64,000 nt of DNA from Adineta vaga (taxonomy: Eukaryota > Animalia > Rotifera), in the NCBI GenBank assembly GCA_021613535.1, contig CP075497.1:2604001-2668000 (forward strand). The letters are read 5' to 3'. A program made the translations under genes and the position numbers. Shown here piece after piece: positions 14,345-26,825 of the stretch (positions are counted from its first letter, which is position 1; every line of letters starts with the position of its first letter). A model generated the notes under the pieces. That model did no database searches, was not told where the DNA came from, and saw nothing but the letters and a program-made list of their open reading frames with translations.

Positions 14345-15841
14345 ATGGAACCATCTCCATTTCAAGATCTTGCATTTATTCTCAAAAATGAATTACCATC
14401 ATTGAAAGGCAATCTTTCAGAAAATATTCTCAATCTTGCTAAAGTTGCTGATTTTTGTGAAAACAATTATTTAAATTCATCTCATCATGATAAATCACGT
14501 GTCTATGAAGATACAAAAAATTATGCTATTCAAGCAGTAAGATTCTTTTTTCTTTGTTCAGTCTAAATCCATCAACATCTATAATTTTAGTTAGCCAGTG
14601 TTGCATATCAAATCAATACAATTGCAACATCATTTTTACAATTATTAGATCTACAATCGAATCAGTTCAATGAATTAGAAACCAACATGAGTGATTTAAG
14701 TGAAGATACAAATGTACACAAAGAAAAAGTTGCACGAAGAGAAATTGGTACATTAACAACAAATAAAACATTAGGACGACAACCATTATTTATCAAACCA
14801 AGTAATCCAGAAAAACTTGTTCGATATGTTCGAAAACCATTAGACTATTCAATTCTTGATGATATTGGTAAATAAGAAACATCTTTTTCTTCTGTTCATT
14901 TAAACAATGATTTATTTGTAGGTCATGGTGTTCGTTTGTCACCTCAAGAAAATAAATCTCGTCATATGATTTATAGTAATGGTCTTCAACAACAGCAGCA
15001 ACAACAACAACCATCAACACCTCCATCAATGAAAAATACAAATGCTAGTTTATCAAAAGCAACAGGTGCTAATTCATCTATGATTTATGCTCAACGTTCA
15101 TCCCTTCAACCAGCTCCACCTGTTGTTGTTCCACCAACTGATTATGCTAGTCGACATGATCTTATTATGAACAATGGTCATCAATATAATGGATATGGAA
15201 ATCGACAACAGAATGCATACAATCAAATGTCAATGATGATGAATAACGAAAATGTATATGCTACACGTCATAATGGAATTTTAAATACAAACAATATGAA
15301 TCGATATACTGGAGCAATGATGGAAAATGGTGGATCAGTACGATCAAGAGGAACAAGTCAACCACCAGGATCAGCACGAATTCCAATTCATATGGATGGC
15401 TATGATCCAAATATTCAACCACAAAATGGGAGTGGTGGTGCTGGTGGTGAATCACAATATATGTCTCAACAATCTTATCTTCCACAATTTATTCCAGCAG
15501 CTCCAAATCATTTCTTTGAAGCGACACAAACATTACCAAGAAAAAGTACACGAGGATTTCGACGACGTTTTGAAACTCATGATTGGGCACCAGAACAATA
15601 TCTTGAAATGGCAATTGCTTGTTATGATTATGAAAGTACTCGAGAAGATGAATTAACATTTCGTGAAGATACAGTCATTTTTATTGTTGCTAAAAATGAT
15701 GATGGATGGTTTGAAGGTGTTATTGAACCTGGTATTCGTGGTCTATTTCCAGTATGTATTGTTTTTTTTAATCTAATTAGTAATCATTTGATGGATTGAT
15801 TTTCTTTGTAGGGAAATTATGTTGAACCATTATGTGAATGA
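14345..15841 (+). CDS. Abi: Abl interactor (Abi), WAVE-complex subunit with C-terminal SH3
   Basis: VADFCENNY, TKNYAIQALASVAYQIN, VHKEKVARREIGTLT, YVRKPLDYSILDDIGHG; SH3 (ACYDYESTREDELTF..DDGWFEG..GLFPGNYVE). Four exons; last exon 15812-15841. Confidence 0.93.
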
Positions 15842-17151
15842 AAAATTTTACGAATTTTATCCTAGTCATATCACTATATATGTGAAGCATTTCATGTCAT
15901 TTAATCTTTATTGTGTTCACTATTTAAACATGCTTCCAAACACTATTCTGATCAAATCTTTTTTTCTTCTAAAAATAAAACAACAGTGAATTATTCTTTT
16001 CTTATTCTGTTGTACTCATTGATATAATCAATTTTTCTTTGCATGTTTGTGTATAAACGATGGGAAACTCTTCTTCTCCTTCTTTTTGTGAGCATGTTAT
16101 TTGTCGTTGTTGTATAAAATCGTTCATAGCGAATAAATGTGTGTATATGGATTTTCTTCTTTTTCTTCTTCAATAAAGAAACGTACGAAATGAAAGAATT
16201 CTTTTTTATTATATTCCACATGCTATGTTATCTCTGATGAACATAAAGAAGAATTGGAAATATTTTTCTCTCATCGGTTCAGTCGTATTGAATCAGCATA
16301 TACACGTGATGTAATATACTATGTATGAAAAATCCTTCGTGTGCCGATACAAACGACTAAAAGAAAATTATTTCGTTCCGCTTAAAAATTCTTCACACGA
16401 ATTACGCTTAGTATGAGCTCGTGTTTATGTCATCTTTTTTTTCCTTTCTTTACATTCATACAAGAAATAAATAGAGAAAAGTATTACGCACCTAAGTTCA
16501 TTATTTTATATTCATAAGCAAAAAAAACAAAAATGCGACTAATATGGGCACACCAATAAGTCCTTTGATCCTTATTTGGAGGTGATCTATTTGTCTAGTG
16601 ACGCATGGTAATGGTAGATGGTATTGCTAAGATATCTAAGCATTTTACATAACTTGTCACTGTCTTTTATTGACTTTTTCTGACAATACAAGTTCAAAAC
16701 TAGCACTATGCTATGTCTATGAAGTAGAAGAAAATAAATCGAAATAAAGACTATTATATTTTCGTCAAAAGAACATTGCGATTATGGTCGTTAATGACTA
16801 ATTGGTTAGATAGGACGAAAAAGGCGATTAGGTGAATAATATGATTAATAGACAAAAAAATGATATTAAGTAGAAATTTAATGGTAACCAACCACATAGG
16901 TTATATTTACGCATGACTGAATGATTGTCATCAATACTAGATATTCGTATGTCCGATAAAGTGATGAAATTTTGTTGAGTGTGAAATAAGCGATACAAAA
17001 ATTGTTCGAGCGAAAGTGAACGAAACAATTGGTAAAGAACATTAAAATCATTCGAGAGTGTACATTGAAAAAAATATATAAATTTATTTTACTTTTCATT
17101 TGATCTATTCATTACATATTATACATAAAGAACGGTTGTGTTTTTATTCAA

Positions 17152-18827
17152 ATGAGTGACGATAAAGAAATGAAAATGGAAAGAAAAGGAAAATCTTCTG
17201 TCGAAAAACCTAAATTAAGTTTAATGAGTGGTATCGCATTATTAGTTGGATCAATTATTGGATCAGGAATTTTTATCTCACCACGTGGTGTTCTTCTTGG
17301 CACAGGTAATTATTTTCGTTATTTATGTATTCGAATTGCATCTTTCTTAGGTTCCTATGGTTTATCTGTTCTTGTATGGATTATTTGTGGATTAATTTGT
17401 ATACCAGGTTGTATGTGTTATGCAGAATTAGGTACAATGATTCATAGTTCAGGAGGAGATTATACATATATTAAAATGGCTTTTGGAGATTGGGCTGGTA
17501 AACACAATTGTCTTCTGATTGAAATCAAATGAATTCTACTTTCAATTGCTTTTAGGTTTTTTACGTGTATGGAGTGAAATATGTTGTGTACGTCCAGCGA
17601 TCATTGCCGTTTGTGCAATAACAGCATCAATTTATCTTCTTCAACCAATGTTTAGTCCATGTTCACCACCACATTATGCTGTACTTGCTCTTGCTTGTTT
17701 TTTCATTTTGACATTAACATTACTCAATCTATCATCTACTCGTGGATCAATTATTTGGCAAAATGGTACATTTTATACTAAAATAGTAGCATTATTTCTT
17801 CTGATTGGTCTCGGTATTTATCAATTAATACGAGGTCATTATGATACATTTATAGAACCATTCGCTAATACACAAACAAGTGTCAAAAAATTATCTATAG
17901 CATTCTATATTGGATTGTTTCCGTATTCAGGTTGGAATTATTTATCAAATGCAGTTGAAGAATTGAAAAATCCGGAAAAAAATTTCCCTATTGCTATTAT
18001 GTCTTCAATTGTTGCTAGTACGATACTCTATACACTTGCTTATAGTGCATATTTTACTGTATTAACTCCACATGATGTAATGACAGCTGATGCTGTTGCT
18101 GTTACTTTTGCAGAAAATATCTATCGGCCATTACGAATTCTCATGCCTTTGCTAGTATCGATCTCTGCTCTTGGTGGTCTCAATGGACGTATGAATATCA
18201 ATATGTTAATTTCAATCTCTTCATATTAAATTTCTCTTTCTAGAAATTTTTTCCATTGTACGTATGTTTTCCGTTGCTGGTCGAGATGGTCTTCTACCAA
18301 CAATTTCTGCTTTTCTTCATATTCAACGATTAACACCTGTTATTCCATGTCTTGTCGAAGGTCTACTTGGTAAATATAAGCATTAGATACTTACGAAATA
18401 AGTTTCATTTCATGAGTTGTTCATGTGTATTTATTTATCACATCTAGGAGTTCTTTATGTTCTTGTTGGTAATGCTGATCGTCTACTTGGATATTTAAGC
18501 TTTAGTACATGGCTAGTCTGTTTAAGTAGTGCAGTCAGTACACTTATCTTTCGTCGTACAATGCCTAATGCTCATCGTCCATTTCATGCTGGTGTCATTG
18601 CTCCAACAATATTCATCATTGTCATGGGTCTTCTTACACTCGTAAATATTATCTTTAATCCAATAGATATATTGGTCGGTATGCTAATTCTTGTTTCTGG
18701 TCTTCCAATCTATTGGTTATTTGTTTGGAAGCGACCAAAATCAGTAGACAAGTTTAGTGAAAGAATTACTATCTATTTACAGAAACTATTTCTTGTTGCA
18801 CCAGAGAATAATAAACAAGATGAGTGA
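17152..18827 (+). CDS. SLC7 L-type/heteromeric amino-acid transporter light chain
   Basis: VGSIIGSGIFISPRGVL, CYAELGTMIHSSGGDYTYI, YSGWNYLSNAVEELKNPEKNFP and GLPIYWLFV. The extracellular Cys in QPMFSPC is at the usual heavy-chain disulfide position. Confidence 0.93.
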
Positions 18828-19981
18828 ATTGAACTAAATAATAACAGATCTTTTCCTTTTTCGAAACTAAGCAAATGAAAATAATCATTACTCTTCGATA
18901 CCATTTATATCGATTGACGTTTAAACATACCTCTTCTCAAATGAAAACATTCTGATGTTATGCATACGATGAAACAGAAATGATTTATTCATCGATTTTC
19001 TGTTCTTTATATTATCGACAAAAACAATGGAAATCGAGGGAATTAAGATGAGGCTAATATGGAAGAAAAGAAGGAAGTCGATTGATTAGTGTTATTTTTG
19101 ATCAGCTCGTTTGTTACAACAAAATAACGAAAGAAACTATGGTAATAAAAAAAGTGTTATTTAGGTCTGATATATTGTTAATATCTATTCATATCATATG
19201 ATAAGAATTCATTGTCAAGTACACTTTTGCAACAGCATGACTCACTTATATCGAATAAACGTTACTCCGTTAACAAGTCTATATTTCATTCATTATGAAT
19301 TATTTGTTCTAAGTTGAACAGAATGAAATAAGAAGTTGAGTGAGTTAATTGGTAGTTATTTAGGAGACGATTGAATCTGGAATATAAAGAACGAATGATT
19401 TTGTTTTACACACACATATATATATATATGTATATATATATATATTTGTATTTGTTATAACAAGAAGGAAACTAAAAATAGCAATCTTGAATATACAGAG
19501 TAAAGTAAATTGAACTATTTAGAAAAACGACAAGTAGAAGAAAAGAAAATACTGAAGAAAAATGAGAACAAAGAAAAAAAGCAAGTAGGCACTGATTTGA
19601 TTTATTCCGCATCTCTATCGGTGTATTGAGTTTGAATAATTAAAAGAAAAAACTCGTTCGGGCTTTAGCTTTGTCTTCTTCCTTTCCTGGAATTGTGTAT
19701 GTTATGATGAACGAAGAAAATGTTGAAATGAATGAAGGTAAACTCTCCATAATTAAATAACAACAGAAGAAATATTTCTTCTGTTGTCATTCTCATCGAT
19801 TTCTTTACTTACTCTTTTTCTCCCTCCCTCTCTCTCTCTCTTCGTGCTACTTTACAACTCTTGTTCGCTCGTTACTCAATAAGAAAACATTTCAGGAAAC
19901 AACACACATGTCACTCGTTTTTGTTATTGACAATGGCTGGCGATTATCATTCATATTAGTTAGTTAGTTAGTTTTCAATAG

Positions 19982-22900
19982 ATGAAGGCTATTAAAATTC
20001 CAAATACAGCATTACTTGATGTTTTTGGACGTACAGTCGCTGTCAATAGTCATGATCTTCATCGACCACCAGCTGTTTCACGTCCATCTAATATTGGACA
20101 ATTGGATAGAAACTTAACCAACAATGCATCTGATACTAATCATAAGAATGGATCATCAATTCCTGCACCTCTTTCTCCACTAGAAGATCCCGAACAATTA
20201 ACTGTTATAGGTTAGTACATGTTTTTTCTTAAATTTTCTCTTATGAATATTAATGACCGGTAACATAAATCTTTCACTGATCAAATAACCAGAAAAAAAA
20301 ACAAATAGAGCTGATTTAATTTACAGTTATTACATTCAATTCGATTGTTGAAGTGAAAAATTAGCAAATAATCAATCTTTTGCTATATAGGTGAAACTCC
20401 TCTTCATATTGCTGTCGTTTACAATGATTTAAATTCTGTAAAATTGTTAATAAAACACGGTGTTGATGTTAATAAACGTGTTGTTGGAGATTTTAATTCT
20501 TCAGACCAAAATAAAACTATAAATGAAACTAAAAAAGGAAGAAGAAAAACATTTCATCGATCTGAACCATCAGTAAAGCAGTTCAATCCACAAAGCGGCA
20601 CTCCTGAAAGTAACCACAATCTCTTTCGTTTTAACCGTTCGTTTAAATTTCAAAACTTGATTTTTCTGCAAAAGGTCATGCATATTTTGGTGAATATCCA
20701 TTAGCATTTGCTGCAGCATTTGGTTATATAGAAATCTATGATTACCTCATCGAACATGGTGCCGATCCAAATATGCAAGATACATATGGCAATACAGTTT
20801 TACATATGCTTGTCATTCGAGATGAAATGGTAACGTTTTGATGACACTGTCGTAGTTTGTTTCTTTTTTTTTCATTTGTAATTATCGATACTTTAGGATA
20901 TGTTTAAACATGCTATTCGACACGCATTGAGAAAAGCTCGTACGGATATTCGTAATAATTCCGATTTAACACCATTAACATTAGCAGCAAAACTTGGTCG
21001 AAAACAATTATTTCTTGAATGTTTGGAATTATCTCATGTGGTAATAATTCATTGAAAATGTTCTTTTATTTTCTTAGTTTTTCATCATTCTATATGAGAC
21101 CAATCAGTTACTGTAACTGTTTTTTGTTTAGGAAATCTGGCGTTATTCCAATATTAAATGTTGTACATATCCTCTTCGTGGTATTGATACTATAACTGAT
21201 GGTGGTGAAATAGGTTTGTTTGTATTTGGATTATTTCTATTGGACATGAACGTTTTCTTTTGCATAATAAAGATTGGAATTCTTCATTAATGTCCATTGT
21301 TAGTGGTAAAACAGAAAATCATCTAGATATGCTTGATAATATGGTCATTGAACGTTTATTAAATGACAAATGGTCATCATTTGCTCGAGTAATTTACAAT
21401 TATTACTATTTTGTTCAATATATATTCTTTTTGGTATCTTTCGTTTTCAAAGGTTAATTTCATACGTCAATTAATTTTACTTTGTTTACATTTATTCGCT
21501 TTAACTACAGCTATATGTTTACGCAATCCAAAAGATGATCAAACTTTACCAAGAAAAATCATTTGTCATATCGCTGAAATATGTGTTCTATGTGGTTGTA
21601 TTATAAGTATATTTGCATTACAAGCAAAAGAAATATATCTTCAAGGTTTAAATTATAGTTTACAAAATTTAGTAAATTGAACTTCAATAATCTTCTCCAT
21701 AAGATAATCGTGTTTTTTCCTTTAGAAAAGTTATCCGGAGAAATTACTTTATCAATGTTCATGTTTACTTATTATTCTTGCTGTACCATTTCGTATATTA
21801 TATTTAATAACAAATAATATTACATTTGGCTATGTTGAAGATGGTCTTGTTTCCCTTGCTGTTCCTGGAACGTTTCTATTTTTTCTTTTCTTTGGACGAA
21901 TTTATGCATTAACAGGAGCATTTATTGTCATGATATTTGAAATGATTACAGGAGATATTGCAACATTTGGTGTTATCTATGTTATTGTTATAACAGCATT
22001 TGGACAAGGTAAGAAGAGAAAAATGAAATTGAAGAGAATTTAGAAAGTGATCTTGAATTTAGTCTTTTATCTGTTATTTCGCGATACTACAGAAGGTGGA
22101 AATTGTGTACAAGTTACATCAGATAATTTATGTGAAATTGATAAATTATGTTCATTTCAACATTTCGAAGCTTGGATGACAATGGTTCATTTTACCATGG
22201 GAGAATTTGATGTAAAAATTGTCATTTAAATTTTTTCGTTTCTTATTCTTTCATAATTCTAGTTTTCACTTTTTGATGTAACACCATATTCATATTTAGT
22301 GAAAAGTTTATTTATTGTTTTTATGATATTAACACCAATACTTTTATTGAACATGTTAATCGCTTCGATGGGTAACACATATCAACGTGTTATTGCAATT
22401 AGTGAAAAAGAGCGTATTCGACAGGTTTAAAAAAAAAGAAAGAATTTCTTTAATTGTGAAATGATTTGTTTCTTTTCATATTCAGTGGGCTCAACTTGTA
22501 TTAACTATTGAGAGATCTTGTTCTGCAAAACAACGATTTGATTATCAAGGTTTATATGCAATTGGTGCTGATGATAAACGAGATTTAATGGTTATAAAGC
22601 GTGCAACGAAAAGTAAAGCCGTTCAAAGAAAAGGAGCAATTGGTAATTGGAAGGTAAATATTTACGGAGTGAATATGATAAGAAGATTGTCTTTCAAGGT
22701 TGTTTAAAACAACAGATTATAAAACCGAGTCATGTGCCATCATAAATGATTTCTTTAATCTTTATTTCTTTATAATCTTTCTCTTTCTTAGCGAGTTGGA
22801 AAACTAGTTCTTTATTTACTCAAAGAACAGGAAACAACTGCTGAACATCTTCGACTTCGTCGCGTTTCACATCAATCTGTTGTACTTAAACCTAAAGCAC

Positions 22901-23448
22901 AATTTGATCATATGTTAGAAACGTTAGCATGGGAACGTGATATTGATCTCTCTGCGCCTAAAGGATTAACATCATCGAATCCAAATATCAATTTGAGTTC
23001 AACACAAAATACTGCAGATTTAAATCCTTCACTATCTCGTCCACCATCACCGCCACCTCCTCAATTTCTTTCGGGCGAATTTCCTGCACCATCATCGATC
23101 CCACAACGATTAACGGGCGACCGAAAAATCTCACGCCGTTCGGAATTAGCAGAACTTCGTTCTCGACCATCATTTATTAATTATGAAGATTTAGAAGTTT
23201 TCCGTCACACAGGACATTTAACTCGTGCATCAGATGTTTGGCATCCTCAACCTATACGAAGAGTTTCTATGATGCCTGTTGATGCTGATGGATATAAAGA
23301 TTTACTCCTTGATGTGGATAATAGTTACCAACAACGACAAAAACAAAATAATAATAATAATAAGCAAAATCTAACCAATCAGATCATTTCACATGGAACA
23401 TCAAATATGAGTATCAAATCGAAAATAAGTGAAACAACTATCTGTTAA
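19982..23448 (+). CDS. TRPV cation channel, Inactive/OSM-9 type
   Basis: Ankyrins ([40 protein letters not shown]), [33 protein letters not shown], pore FTMGEFD, S6 [15 protein letters not shown], and the Iav-type tail [21 protein letters not shown]. Confidence 0.92.
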
Positions 23449-23769
23449 TTACTTTTCTTTTGACATTAATTATAATTGATTCTTCTTTATTCTTACGACT
23501 TCTTTTGCACATTTGTTTTTAGTAAGAAAAAACCACGTGTAGAAAATAATAAAACATGTATAAAGACACACATATATATATATGTATATGGAATAAACGA
23601 ATTTCTTTAATTACATTGCTTTAAATTTGCGAATAATAAAACAAAATGAGAGGCTACACAAATACAAACAGATAGCTTAGTTATATAATTTTGTTCCAAT
23701 AGAAATCATTGAGTAATTAGCAAAGAGAAAAGAGAAGGCATAGATATTGTTTATTTCTATGATAATTAA

Positions 23770-24455
23770 TTAATGACCAGTTTTAAAACCTTGAACATAA
23801 CCTGTTGTATCTGCGTCATCAGATCGACCTTCTTTACCTTTACCATGACCCTCTTCATCAAAACGTTCTTTATGTGAACCTCTGAAAAGAAAATAAAAAG
23901 AAGAACAGATATCTTTTTATCTGAATGATATATTAAACAATTATGATCTAATTACGTATATTGTGATGTATCTGTCATTCGATCGGTTATCTCCTTGTTA
24001 CTTATTTCCGTTACATTTGTTAAACTTGGACCTTCATTTTGATTAATTTTAGCTAAAATTTCATCATGACTAACTCCTTTTGATTCGGCAATACGATCAA
24101 TTAATAATTTAAAACCTTTTATTTCGAACGTTTTCCTAGTAAAAAAGAAATTAAAGTGATATTAATTTTGCTGACATATAATTAATTTCACTTACGTTCC
24201 TTTGGGATAATGAACAGAGCCAGGTTCTGATGAACCAGTTGTTAATTTACCAAGTACACGAGCAATGTCATTATCTAATAGTTGAGATGTATATTTAGAA
24301 TTAATTAAAGAGCAATCTTTCATCATTTTTTGAATTCCAGCCGAACCAATGCGAAGTTCATTATGATCTGCTAGTTGAGCATGAGTTTTACCAAATTTCG
24401 AATATTTATCAAATGCTTGACGTAAACCTGAGGGTGCAGATGATTTTGATGCCAT
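23770..24455 (-). CDS. TPPP: Tubulin polymerization-promoting protein (p25alpha family), 3 exons
   Basis: C-terminal signature [37 protein letters not shown]; N-terminal [15 protein letters not shown]. Confidence 0.92.
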
Positions 24456-25781
24456 TATTAGAATGCTGATACAGCTATCAATGTGGTTAGAACTTTGGAT
24501 ATTTATAAGTGAAGAAAGCAGAGCAAAGAATATGTCAGACTTTGTCGTCGGTCTCTATATAATTGCAATAGAGCTTTTTCTCGTATTTCTCTTTCTTTCA
24601 TGGAAAAAAGAGAGAGAGAGAGAGCAGAAGAAGAAAAAACGTCGTTTTTGTCCTTGGCACTGGCTTGTTGATGCCAATGTTCTAGTTCATTTCTTCGTTT
24701 TCTCTCTTTTTCTCCGTCGGTTTTATCGTCTGTTCTTATCTCTTACTGTCTTTTTCTTCGTCTATCCCTTTGTCGTCTTTTTTTTTGAGAAGCAGCCAAG
24801 GAAAATGAAACAGAAGACAGAATGATGAAGAGAAAAGAAAAAGGAAAAATACAAAAGTTTTAGTTCTACAACTAACATGCAACGACTCGAACAAATCACC
24901 AATGCTCGGGTGCATTAGAATAAACAGTCAAAGTTTTCCTTTTATCGGATTATTATAAATGATCAGAAAAATACGACAGAAATCGATTTACAATGAATTC
25001 ATGTCAAATACATTTTTCACTTTAAAAATATCAAAGAATATCACCAATGAAAGTCTCTTGAAATCAAGGATGGGCGATAATAACAATAATCAGCTTTTCT
25101 TTTTCGTATGTGACTTCGTATATGTCGATCTGAATGTAGAATAATAATAAATCATCATGATTAACAAAAAAAAACACATACGAATAATCGATAAATCTTT
25201 TGTCATTGAAAGAAACGAGAACATGGTCATAAAAAACGTAAATCTATGAAGAATAGAAAAAAATAGTTTTTATATTTACAGTTCAATGATTACATGGAAA
25301 GTTGACTAGTTAAATTGAATGAAATTATTACATAAGAATTTTTATAAAAAATAAGTAGATTTGGAATTTGTGAAGAAAGAGTTGCAATAGTCTTAATTCG
25401 ATGGATAAAATGGTGATAAGATGGTTCAATTGATGAATAAGATAAAAATGTTTGTTCTGTTTTATTTATAGCAATTAATATCATTTGAATGAAGGGAAAA
25501 AAGAGAAGAAATTAGATCTTCTTCTTCGTTTTTCTATTATTGATTATTGCATAAAATAAAAGCATATTGAAAGAAATAATTCCATCGAGAAATTAACCTA
25601 TTATTTTCCTTTTTATTATAATCAATATTTTATTATTTGTCAAATTCAATCGAACAACACATCAATTTCTGTTTCTATCATCTACTTTTTTTGGTCATAT
25701 ATACACGCAAGTAAGTTTTAGACGATCAACAAAAAGATTTCCTTTCTCCTACAATATATACAATCCTTTTATACATCATCT

Positions 25782-26183
25782 ATGGCAAAGTTTTCATTAG
25801 TATTTCGACTATTATGTCTTATCTATTGTTTTATTGCTGTAGTGAGTAAACTTTTTCTTATGATTCGTGAAAGTTTCTCCATTTGGTCATTTGATTGTTA
25901 GACATCGGACAAGATCGATCAACGTTCTTCCATTAAAGATCGAAATAAACGAGCTGTAACTGAATGGCGTTTTCGTCGTAATCGTCTACCACCCTACTCT
26001 TATTTTCTTCGCAATCATGTTCTTGTAAGTTTGTATTTAATTAAAACAATTGTTTGTATTTTTGTTTTGTTTATTTCGAAGGCACATAGTTGGGCAAATG
26101 ATGATAGTGATAGTCAATCCAATGAACGAAACATGGCTATCCTACAACGGAATTCTTTTCCAAGTAAATCAGTAAAGCAATGA
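25782..26183 (+). CDS. Small secreted prohormone/neuropeptide-precursor-like protein (94 aa, 3 exons)
   Basis: Exons 25782-25841, 25902-26024 and 26082-26183 are all phase 0 with GT-AG introns of 60 and 57 nt. Hydrophobic signal peptide, RNKR and RR sites, and AATAAA at about 26221 and 26232. Confidence 0.75.
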
Positions 26184-26719
26184 CTAAATATTATTTAAAA
26201 TACTTGAGAAAACGTACAAAAATAAACATACAATAAAGAATAATATATCTCTATCAGTTTTATTTGCTGTTCTTCGTGCTTGAAATTTTATAAAGTCATC
26301 AAACTATGAAGTATCAAGTACAACAATTGTGAAAGGAAAAAAATGAAACAAAAAAAAATATTTATTAATGAGGATGATGATGATGAATAGACAGGAGAGA
26401 GAGAGAGGGAGGAGGGTAAATGTATTGAAGAACAAAAGAGAAAAATTGTAAAGTGAAGAGTTTCATATTGATGAGAATGTTTACCAATAAGCATTTCAGC
26501 CGGCAGGCGTACAGACATGGCAATCACATCTATATGTACACTGTGTCGAAGAAAAAAAACAAAGTTTAGTGCTTTCAGGTGAGTGTTGACGACAAGCAAA
26601 TGAGAGAGAGGCGAGCGGAGAGAGAGAGAGAAAAGTATACATGTATATATGCGAGAAACTATGCTCAGAATACAAAAGAATGATGATTTTTTATACGAAA
26701 CTAAATTAAAAGAGAAATC

Positions 26720-26825
26720 ATGTCAAATCCTGCCAAAGTTCTATCGAGACATCGAAAAACACCGTTACCACCTGTAAGACCATCTCGACAAACGATCATA
26801 TCATGGACAAGTGGTCATCAAAATG
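26720..26825 (+). CDS. PDE alternative first exon 1a ([35 protein letters not shown])
   Basis: Open from ATG to a G|gtaggt donor in phase 1, matching the 31730 acceptor. Confidence 0.65.

Noticed and set aside
24463-24825. 120-aa hydrophobic ORF upstream of TPPP
   Set aside because: Built from T-rich and GA microsatellite promoter/UTR sequence; no family motif or splice support.
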